Assembly: GCA_043824255.1 (NCBI GenBank)
Contig: JBDRTG010000029.1
Span: 1-64,000 of the forward strand
Origin: a bacterium
Lineage (GTDB): Bacteria; JAHJDO01
DNA length: 64,000 nucleotides
Direction: 5' to 3'
The notes below the pieces were generated by a model. The model saw only the letters and a program-made list of their open reading frames with translations. It searched no databases and was not told the origin of the DNA. Position numbers and translations under genes: made by a program. Below, piece by piece: positions 52,724-60,505 of this stretch (positions within the stretch are counted from its first letter, which is position 1; every line of letters starts with the position of its first letter).

Positions 52724-53771
52724 CTTGCTTCTTTTCCATATTTCCTGAATTCTTCAAGATATTTGAAAAAACCATTGGAAAAGCTAGAACCAAAAATGGA
52801 ACAAAAGAAAGCCACACTCGCGTTTCATAGATTAGTCCAAACGTAACTGTGAAGCCCCATAGTACGAGATAAAGGAGGCTTATTCGAATCACTCCGATAT
52901 GCTTATAGAAAATAGCCCGTAGCGCAAATAGTGGTATGCTAAATATAAACACATTAAACACATTGAACACGAAATTTTGCAATGGATGCGTAAAAGAAAG
53001 ACATAACTCACGCAAGTTTCTTAGTAATCGCAAGTTAACAAAGTGGATGCCTTCCTTCATATCAGAAAAAATTTCAGGCCTAATCTCTCGAATCAAAAGA
53101 ACATTTCGTAAGACCTCGATAACCGTGTATCCGACCACCAAGAGTGCTAATGCTACGAAAAATTGTCTCCTGTGAATCTCCACCCTTAGTCTTGGCCACT
53201 TGATTTCTGATGGAATGAGCCTAAAAATAGAGTCAATTATAAACCATGTGCTTAAAATAATTACCACTTCGCCGCGATTAAAGACTTCGAATGCCAGAAT
53301 GCAACCAATCACCCAAAATGGCTGGGAAACCAGTATAGCCCATGTTAGTAATGTGAACACAGTTAGATCAATGTAGTCCCACGGATAAAGCCAAAGCTCT
53401 TGCATAAGCATGGTGTTGAGTGCCCATGCGGCTATAGCCGTAGCAAGAGCAGCGATTGTCGAATTCCAAAGACGTCTAGCTATCAATATTAGAATGAGAA
53501 AGAAAGAAAACAACATAATGAACACTGCCAACGGATAAGCCTGTCCAAACGTTAACCCTGTTAGTTTACTTATAACTTTGACAAAAAACGGTCCTAAAAC
53601 ACGGCTCTGATAGACACGCCAATGAGGTAAACCCTGAATGACCCCCTGTGCTGCCGCAATATGATTATTGATTCGTGGTCCGAAAGCTGACAGAATACCG
53701 CGGAGCTGTGCGGCTGCAAGAAAAGCAGCGGTAAATATGAGACCAGTTAAATATAGTATCTTGGCTCGCAT
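52665..53771 (-). CDS. Inserted polytopic membrane protein (possibly GT-C-like) with borrowed C-terminus
   Basis: Many TM helices; last 18 aa identical to 53883-54371 product. Confidence 0.65.
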   Translation of the reverse strand: MRAKILYLTGLIFTAAFLAAAQLRGILSAFGPRINNHIAAAQGVIQGLPHWRVYQSRVLGPFFVKVISKLTGLTFGQAYPLAVFIMLFSFFLILILIARRLWNSTIAALATAIAAWALNTMLMQELWLYPWDYIDLTVFTLLTWAILVSQPFWVIGCILAFEVFNRGEVVIILSTWFIIDSIFRLIPSEIKWPRLRVEIHRRQFFVALALLVVGYTVIEVLRNVLLIREIRPEIFSDMKEGIHFVNLRLLRNLRELCLSFTHPLQNFVFNVFNVFIFSIPLFALRAIFYKHIGVIRISLLYLVLWGFTVTFGLIYETRVWLSFVPFLVLAFPMVFSNILKNSGNMEKKQEKNRVVLTKDGKELILTQE

Positions 53772-53882
53772 TATTAATAAATCTTCTTGATTGCCGATAT
53801 CATAGCCTTTTTTTATTTTTCATCTAACAACTAGTAGCAGAACAAAAAATTTGCGAATTTTTTTATTCATTTTCTTAATCCA

Positions 53883-54371
53883 TTATTCTTGTGTAAGTAT
53901 GAGTTCCTTTCCGTCCTTTGTCAAAACAACTCTATTTTTCTGAATACTGATAACTTTATATTCTCCAACTGTATCCCCTTCTCTTACTATTTTATCCCCA
54001 ATTAGCGCCATAGGAGTCTTTCCTTTCCACGCTATACCTTTAAGAGTAAGAGAAGCAATATGATGTCCTTTCATCTGCATTTCTTTTCCCTCTGAAACTT
54101 CAGCTAAAGGGAAGAATGGGTCTCTTCCATATTGTTCAGAAGCTTTTGCTTTTTGAAGTTCAATAATTTCCTTCAGTTCAGGAGTAACTTTGGATGGTAA
54201 GATAGTCTCTTTCTGCTTTTCTTTCTTTTGTTTTTCAACAGAAACTGTACTCTTCCCTTCTTTTGCGGGAGATGTTTTCTTTTTTGCTTTTCCCACTTGA
54301 TTAATAACAACAAATACCAAAACACCCACTAGAATGGCAGTCATTATTAACTCTTTAGTAGTTTTAGTCAT
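53883..54371 (-). CDS. PilP/GspB-like assembly protein
   Basis: N-terminal TM, RDPF, LKGI...ALI...VREGD. Confidence 0.7.
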   Translation of the reverse strand: MTKTTKELIMTAILVGVLVFVVINQVGKAKKKTSPAKEGKSTVSVEKQKKEKQKETILPSKVTPELKEIIELQKAKASEQYGRDPFFPLAEVSEGKEMQMKGHHIASLTLKGIAWKGKTPMALIGDKIVREGDTVGEYKVISIQKNRVVLTKDGKELILTQE

Positions 54372-54925
54372 TTTCCCGATTCATCTGTGGATAGAAAATA
54401 ACTGCTCATTATCAGGTGAACCATGAGATAAGGAGCTATTTTCTCATCCTTTTCAATTTTTAGATCCTGCACTTTAAATAAGAGTGGTAATTTACTAACG
54501 CTCCCCAGATAGTTAGCCAAGGCAAGGTAAGTAAAATGAGCAATAATTTCAATATCTAGTCTGCCTATTTCTTCTTCCTTTACTTTTTCTTTCACATCTG
54601 GAGCCAAAGAAATTAATTTTATATCTAATTTATTAAGCTCTCTACTCAATTGATCAACAATCTCAGGAATATTTACTGTATCCGGCAACTTTTTATTAAG
54701 AGAAGAAAAGCTACTTTTGGCTTCCTCTATTTTTTGATATATTATAGGCAAAGTTGTTACTTCCTTCCGAGCTTTTTCCAATTTATTTTGAACAGACTCT
54801 AAATCCTTCCTCAATTCATTCAACTTTTTGTTCCCTGGTAAAAAACCAAAAAAGAAAAATAGAATTAAAGCAATTAATATCACTCCTAAAACTATGAAAC
54901 TTTTCTCCTGAGAACCAATTTTCAT
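54368..54925 (-). CDS. pilO: PilO-like assembly protein
   Basis: TM, coiled coil, KKLP...IPEI; position in cluster. Confidence 0.75.
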   Translation of the reverse strand: MKIGSQEKSFIVLGVILIALILFFFFGFLPGNKKLNELRKDLESVQNKLEKARKEVTTLPIIYQKIEEAKSSFSSLNKKLPDTVNIPEIVDQLSRELNKLDIKLISLAPDVKEKVKEEEIGRLDIEIIAHFTYLALANYLGSVSKLPLLFKVQDLKIEKDEKIAPYLMVHLIMSSYFLSTDESGK

Positions 54926-54955
54926 AAAATATTCTTCACTTCGTTTGGGTAAATC

Positions 54956-56719
54956 CTAATATACTATTTTACAATTCAGCTCAAAATCTGCTTTTCCAGT
55001 TTCCATATTCTTTAGAAAAGATAACATCTCCACCTGAGAGAAAAATGGAGAAGTTCTAAGTTGGATCAAAAATTCAGCTAAAGGGAACTGTTCAATGGAA
55101 GCAGAAGAAACAATGCTTCCCTTCATGAACAATTTCATTACTTCCTTAGAAGAAGTATCTAGCGATATAGAACTTAATACTATACCTTCAGGAATAAGTC
55201 GGGATATTTCTTTCAAAACTCCTTCCCAAATGGGTTGTTTTCCTGCCTTAAGAAAAACATTCTTCATCATATCCACTTTTTTTTGCCAATTTTGCAGTTC
55301 GTCCAATGCGCTTAATTTATCCTCAACAGGAGCTAAATATGATTTGCTATTCTTAATCAATTCGTGTTGTTGTTTTATTTTTGCTGAGACCAATCCATAA
55401 AGAGAGAATAAAGCAAGAGCAAATGAAATAATTGCTATGGTAATACCTGTTTTTATACTGGAAAGTTTATAAGTAAGTTTAAGTTGGGGAGGGAGAAGAT
55501 TAATCTCTTTTCCCTTATCCAAAGCTGCTCCAAGAGCAAAGATTAAATCGGGGCCGATCTTTTCTAGGTTTTTTTTCTGTTCAGGAGGCAATTCCAGAGA
55601 AAGATTCTTCAAGGGATTAAAGTGAATTATTTCTGAGTTTAAGCTTTTACTTAAGAATTCAGCCAACCCCTTAAGATTAGAACCGCCACCACATAAGTAT
55701 ATTCTATTCACTTTAGTGTTGGACTCTCTCTCATAAAAAGTAAAGGACCTATTTACTTCTCTTAAAAACCGTTCCGAGAAAGGCCTCATCATAGCGGAAA
55801 TTTGAGAGAAAGGAATATCTCCTTCAATCTCCTTTTTATCCTCTTCTCCAATTATTCCGTAGTCTTTCTTTATAGCTTCTGCCTGTGCATAAGATAGTGT
55901 TTTTTTCCCTTCCTTTGTGATTATAGGTTTTAGTAAGGCGTTAGTTATATCATCCCCTCCCATATATACTTCTCTTGTGAGTTGGAACTTGTTTCCTTTA
56001 AAAAAATTCATAGTAGTGACTCTGGCCCCCACATTCATAAAGGCTGCCACTTCCTTTTCATCCATTATTTTACTAATTTTCAGCAGGTTCTGGAGAAGAT
56101 ATCCAGCTGTATTGCAACTAACAGGGATAAGTTTTGCTTTCTGCAAGGTATTAACTTTTTCTTCTATTACTTCCTGAGGGCTGACTACTCCTATGATCCT
56201 GCATTCATTACTTCCAGGTAAGGGAGTAGAACTAAAATCATAGAAACTAGTTTTAAAATCAAAACTGGTTTCTTTCTTTAATCTCATTACAATCGCCCCT
56301 TCTAAATCTTTGCCAGAAAGGGTGGATGGCAAGGTGAATGAAGAAACATTAATCTGCTGGGGACCATTAACGAAAAAATTTACATTTTTACCTTCAAATT
56401 TACCATCTTTCAACATAGATGGCAGGGTTTGAATGATAAAACGTGAGACTTCTTCCTTATTCGCTCTTATTTCATGAGGAATTTCTTTATAAGCTGCTCC
56501 TGTAAGGCGAGAGCCTCTGAATTGAGCAATTTTTATACTGAAAAAACCTATATCTAAACCTAAAAAGAGAGGTTTTAAAGTAAACCTCGCTCGCCCCGTT
56601 AGAGAAAGATTCTTTAACGGGGTAAAAGATAAGAGGTGCTTTTTGGTATCTTCATAAGTCCTCAAAAACTCTTTATAAATCTTCGTGCTACGTTGAACTA
56701 AAATCTCTAATGGAGTCAC
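54956..56719 (-). CDS. PilM-PilN fusion protein
   Basis: GLDIG and IYLCGGGSNL actin-like PilM, then INLLP, TM and PilN domain. Confidence 0.8.
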   Translation of the reverse strand: MTPLEILVQRSTKIYKEFLRTYEDTKKHLLSFTPLKNLSLTGRARFTLKPLFLGLDIGFFSIKIAQFRGSRLTGAAYKEIPHEIRANKEEVSRFIIQTLPSMLKDGKFEGKNVNFFVNGPQQINVSSFTLPSTLSGKDLEGAIVMRLKKETSFDFKTSFYDFSSTPLPGSNECRIIGVVSPQEVIEEKVNTLQKAKLIPVSCNTAGYLLQNLLKISKIMDEKEVAAFMNVGARVTTMNFFKGNKFQLTREVYMGGDDITNALLKPIITKEGKKTLSYAQAEAIKKDYGIIGEEDKKEIEGDIPFSQISAMMRPFSERFLREVNRSFTFYERESNTKVNRIYLCGGGSNLKGLAEFLSKSLNSEIIHFNPLKNLSLELPPEQKKNLEKIGPDLIFALGAALDKGKEINLLPPQLKLTYKLSSIKTGITIAIISFALALFSLYGLVSAKIKQQHELIKNSKSYLAPVEDKLSALDELQNWQKKVDMMKNVFLKAGKQPIWEGVLKEISRLIPEGIVLSSISLDTSSKEVMKLFMKGSIVSSASIEQFPLAEFLIQLRTSPFFSQVEMLSFLKNMETGKADFELNCKIVY

Positions 56720-56946
56720 AATCTTAATCCTCTATAGAGAATGAATGCTCCTACTAAAAATAAGATTATTCCTACTATTCTACGATAAATAAAAGCTCTT
56801 TCATCTGAGAAAAGAAGACGATTGCCCAGATTGTTTGTTTTTTGAAGTAGATCAGGGAAAAATAGAAAAAGTAATCCTAAAAGAAAAAAGACTCCTCCCC
56901 ATACAACGCATGCTATCATATTACCATTTCCTTTGGAGCTGCTCAA
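56716..56946 (-). CDS. Small two-TM protein
   Basis: Two hydrophobic helices; overlaps both neighbours. Confidence 0.6.
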   Translation of the reverse strand: MSSSKGNGNMIACVVWGGVFFLLGLLFLFFPDLLQKTNNLGNRLLFSDERAFIYRRIVGIILFLVGAFILYRGLRL

Positions 56947-57571
56947 GTTCCAGAATATAACTTATAATAATATTCCAGCTGGCTTGATTTATAGAAACAA
57001 ATTCAAAAGCAACCTGATATTTGCCATCTACTTCTTTTAATCGAACTACCTTCCCTTTTACTATTAGTGTCTCTTTCGTTGATAGAATAAAAAGTGTTAA
57101 TTCCAACTCGTCTCCCATCTTTATCTCATCCTTTGAAAAAGGAGAAACAGAAACTCCGCCTTCACTTATATCTACGCTCCATTTACTCTTTTCCTCTCCA
57201 TTTTTCCACCGACACCTTATTGGAATCACTGTCTCGTAGCGAAAATGCTTTCTCCTTTTCTCCCATCCAAATTTTGCTTCCTTTACAGAAAAGCTTATAA
57301 GAGGCACAGAAACTTCATTATAGCGCACTATAGAAGCATCAATTACTGGAAGGCCTTTTTCAGTATCAAAATGGCTCATTAATGATATTCTTAGCTTTGT
57401 GCCAGGGGAAAGCGAAGAAGAAATTTCCTCTTCATAAGAGCCCTCTACTTTTAGCAGATCTGACGTTACATCTTTTATCTTTGAGACAAATACATAGCGT
57501 TTTTGTCCACTAGAAACAAATACTTTTACCTTTTCTCCCGGCTTTAAGAATTTTATCTCCTCAGGGAACAT
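56921..57571 (-). CDS. YcgR-like PilZ-domain protein (copy 1)
   Basis: RRKHFR and DISEGG c-di-GMP motifs. Confidence 0.85.
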   Translation of the reverse strand: MFPEEIKFLKPGEKVKVFVSSGQKRYVFVSKIKDVTSDLLKVEGSYEEEISSSLSPGTKLRISLMSHFDTEKGLPVIDASIVRYNEVSVPLISFSVKEAKFGWEKRRKHFRYETVIPIRCRWKNGEEKSKWSVDISEGGVSVSPFSKDEIKMGDELELTLFILSTKETLIVKGKVVRLKEVDGKYQVAFEFVSINQASWNIIISYILELEQLQRKW

Positions 57572-57692
57572 AATACCTCCCGCCTAAAGCTCAAAGTGCA
57601 AAAGTTAAAAGAAAACAAATTTTCTTATCTAATCTTTTACTTTTACTTTTTACTTTTTACTTTATTTACTATACTTAAAACTTTCAGAAAAA

Positions 57693-58949
57693 TCAAGCAC
57701 TAACCCGATTACGTCCAGCTTTTTTTGCACGGTAGAGCGCCTTGTCTGCGGCTTTGACCACCTGATGCGGGCTCCTATGGCGACCATTTTGTTCAGCCGC
57801 CCCAATGCTGATGGTAACGGAAACTCTCTTTCGGGAGTTTTTCATGGCTTTTGAGCTTTGCGATTTGGCGCGCGGGCGGCTGCGGATGATAAAATTCGCC
57901 ACTTCAATCTCCTTTCTTAGCTGCTCCAGGTGCGGTATAACTTCGTTCATAAATTTACCCGGGAAAATTATAGTAAATTCTTCGCCTCCGTAGCGAAATG
58001 CTTTGCCGCCTCCGCTCACTTTAGACAGCTTTGAGGCAACCATGTGCAATACCTGATCCCCCACATCATGTCCATACCGATCGTTAAACTTCTTAAAATA
58101 GTCGATATCAAGCATCGAAACTGTGTAGCCCTCCTCAATCTCAAGTTTGAGGAGGGTCTCGTCTAGGGCTTGCCGCGCGGGCAGACCTGTCAATTTATCT
58201 TTAAAAGCCATACTGTGGGAAGTTTCAATTACTGAAACAACCAAAATAAGACTAGCCGTGGCAAAGTACATTGTGGAATGATATTCAGCCCAGCCATTGG
58301 TCAGGGCAAAAAATGCTGATATCAATGCCCAGAAAAAGCCGCTTTCAGTAGCATCCCGATGTATAATAAAGCGAACACCGATAAGGATGAACGCTGCTCC
58401 AAAAGCGAGCAGAGCCGGCTGGGACATGGATGTGCGGCTGAAGAAATGAGTATCAATTATTGAATATTCGAGATAGGCGCAAATATCAAAATAATGGTAA
58501 CGACAGATATGAACGACAATCGATGCCTGCAGGAGAATCAGACTCATACGCCATAGACCGCGTATAGTTACAATCCCCCGCTCCTTTATCAAAGAGAACA
58601 CAGCAAGATTCAGCGGCAGCAAAATGCTTACAGCGTTATAAACAATTCGTCCCAGTCCCATCGATGCCTCACTGCCGGAAGCAAAGTGAAACAGCGAGCT
58701 GTCAGCTAAAGCCAGAACAAGAATAGGGAAAATCAATCTGCTTCGATTGAAACGCCAGCCAATCAGTATCCCTGCGCCCAAAACTACATATGAATAGATA
58801 TGAACAACCGCAGGCAGCGACTCAGCCAGCATGTCCATGTGCACAAAGGCCATCGCTATCAGGAATAGAAGACCGCCTGGCATAAAAAATGAGAAGATCG
58901 CTTTTGCAATCACAGATATTATGTAATATAACCTATAAGAGTATTCCAA
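57693..58949 (-). CDS. Membrane-bound GGDEF diguanylate cyclase
   Basis: Multi-TM N-terminus, DKLTGL, RYGGEEF; no RxxD I-site; real start probably near 58883. Confidence 0.88.
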   Translation of the reverse strand: MEYSYRLYYIISVIAKAIFSFFMPGGLLFLIAMAFVHMDMLAESLPAVVHIYSYVVLGAGILIGWRFNRSRLIFPILVLALADSSLFHFASGSEASMGLGRIVYNAVSILLPLNLAVFSLIKERGIVTIRGLWRMSLILLQASIVVHICRYHYFDICAYLEYSIIDTHFFSRTSMSQPALLAFGAAFILIGVRFIIHRDATESGFFWALISAFFALTNGWAEYHSTMYFATASLILVVSVIETSHSMAFKDKLTGLPARQALDETLLKLEIEEGYTVSMLDIDYFKKFNDRYGHDVGDQVLHMVASKLSKVSGGGKAFRYGGEEFTIIFPGKFMNEVIPHLEQLRKEIEVANFIIRSRPRAKSQSSKAMKNSRKRVSVTISIGAAEQNGRHRSPHQVVKAADKALYRAKKAGRNRVSA

Positions 58950-59545
58950 CTGGCTTGGTCCATAGAGACAAACTCGAAAGCAGCCTGGTATTTATCTGCC
59001 CCTATTGGATCCAAGCGGATTACTTTTCCTTTTGCTTTTACTATCTCTTTTCCTGAGGGAATAAAAAGATTTAATTGAAAAACATCTCCCTTTTTTATCT
59101 CATTGTCCGAGAAAGCAGAAAGAAGAGTCCCATTCTCACTTATATCCACACTCCATTTACTCTTTTCTTCTCCGCTTTTCCACCGGCACCTTACTGGAAT
59201 CGTTGTTTTATACCTGGAATATTTTCTCCTCTTCTCCCATTCAAGCGTAGCCTCCTTTACAGAAAAACTTATAAGAGGCATAGGAGCTTCACTATAGCGT
59301 GTTATAGAAGTATCAATTACTGGAAGGCCCCTCTCAGTATCAAAATGGGACATTAAGGATATTCTTAGTCTTGTGCCAGGGGTAATTAAAGAAGAAATCT
59401 CTTCTTCATAAGGCCCTTCCACTTTCCCCAGATTTGAAGTTATATCCTTTATCCTTGAGATAAGCACATAGCGTTTTTCTCCGCTATGGATAAATATTCT
59501 CACTTTTTCTCCTGGTTTTAAGAAGCTTATCTCTCCGGGAAACAT
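58919..59545 (-). CDS. PilZ-domain protein (copy 2, slightly 3'-truncated)
   Basis: Close paralog of 56921-57571; RRKYSR, DISENG. Confidence 0.82.
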   Translation of the reverse strand: MFPGEISFLKPGEKVRIFIHSGEKRYVLISRIKDITSNLGKVEGPYEEEISSLITPGTRLRISLMSHFDTERGLPVIDTSITRYSEAPMPLISFSVKEATLEWEKRRKYSRYKTTIPVRCRWKSGEEKSKWSVDISENGTLLSAFSDNEIKKGDVFQLNLFIPSGKEIVKAKGKVIRLDPIGADKYQAAFEFVSMDQASWNTLIGYIT

Positions 59546-59549
59546 AATC

Positions 59550-59712
59550 CCTGCCTGTTGAATTCCAGAGCTTCTTTCAATGTTATAGCGAGATTTTTCA
59601 TCAATTCACCATGCGTATGTCCTTGGCAATTTACGCCGGGTACTTCTTCTATCCAGCAAATCCACCAATCGTCGTCTTTTTTTATTATTGCTGTGTATTT
59701 GTTTTCTCTCAC
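59550..59712 (-). pseudogene. HicB-like antitoxin fragment
   Basis: YTAIIKKDDDWW...EVPGVNCQG.T..EL..NL; no hicA partner. Confidence 0.7.
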
Positions 59713-59804
59713 AGCTAAAACCCTCCTGTTCTATTTTTACTTTTACATTTTGAGTTTTTATTATACTTAAAATTCTTATAAAATCAAACACATTGCTTTA
59801 GAGA

Positions 59805-59935
59805 GAGTTTCCCCAAATTTTAACAGATTTGGGGACCAATTACAGGGAGGATTATCTATTTCCACTTCCTAACTTCCACAACTTACTGATATTACTAATG
59901 TTACGCTTCCTACTATCAAAAAAATGGGGAAACTC
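59805..59935. repeat. 131-bp segment bounded by 15/17 inverted repeats (MITE-like)
   Basis: GAGTTTCCCCAAATTTT ... AAAAAATGGGGAAACTC. Confidence 0.4.
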
Positions 59936-59940
59936 AAGGA

Positions 59941-60372
59941 TCATTCATCTATTGTCTCTGCTTTAGCATATATTTTTTTTGGAGTCTTCTTGTAATACTT
60001 AAACAGAGCTGGACATAACCAGCCTTCCATTTTTAAACTATCCGAATAATACCAATTCCCATCATTTTCTTTTCTTAACCATGTTAATCTTATTTGATAA
60101 CTTGGAAATGGATTAACTGAAAACAATAATCTAAACCCATTTTTAGCATTTGGAATATCCTTTGTAATTTGATTAATTATTTCAGGCATCCCCGCGACAA
60201 ATGGTTCTTGATATAAATCCACTCTTTTATCGTCAAAGACCCATGTTCCATTATGCCAATATGGCTTTATTATTAATATTGCGTTATCGGGTGCATCTAG
60301 ATTTTTCTGTTTATATGAAAATATTATAAATACGATTGCAATAGTTATTAATAAAATAACTAAATATCTCAA
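59941..60372 (-). CDS. Conserved hypothetical protein (DUF6717-like)
   Basis: WVFDD...EPFVAG...GNWY...GWLCPALFKY; AAGGAGG RBS. Confidence 0.65.
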   Translation of the reverse strand: MRYLVILLITIAIVFIIFSYKQKNLDAPDNAILIIKPYWHNGTWVFDDKRVDLYQEPFVAGMPEIINQITKDIPNAKNGFRLLFSVNPFPSYQIRLTWLRKENDGNWYYSDSLKMEGWLCPALFKYYKKTPKKIYAKAETIDE

Positions 60373-60505
60373 GTAATCCTCCTTTTATTCTTGTCGAACA
60401 ACTAATATGCAAACTTTGTATTTCCCGTTTTTTATACAATAAAACTTGGTTATTAAGATAATTCTGCGATTATGTACTTTGTGCTTCAAATTTAATCTCT
60501 TCCAA

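Noticed and set aside
56921..59545. Diversity-generating retroelement TR/VR pair
   Set aside because: Differences are not adenine-specific and no reverse transcriptase is present
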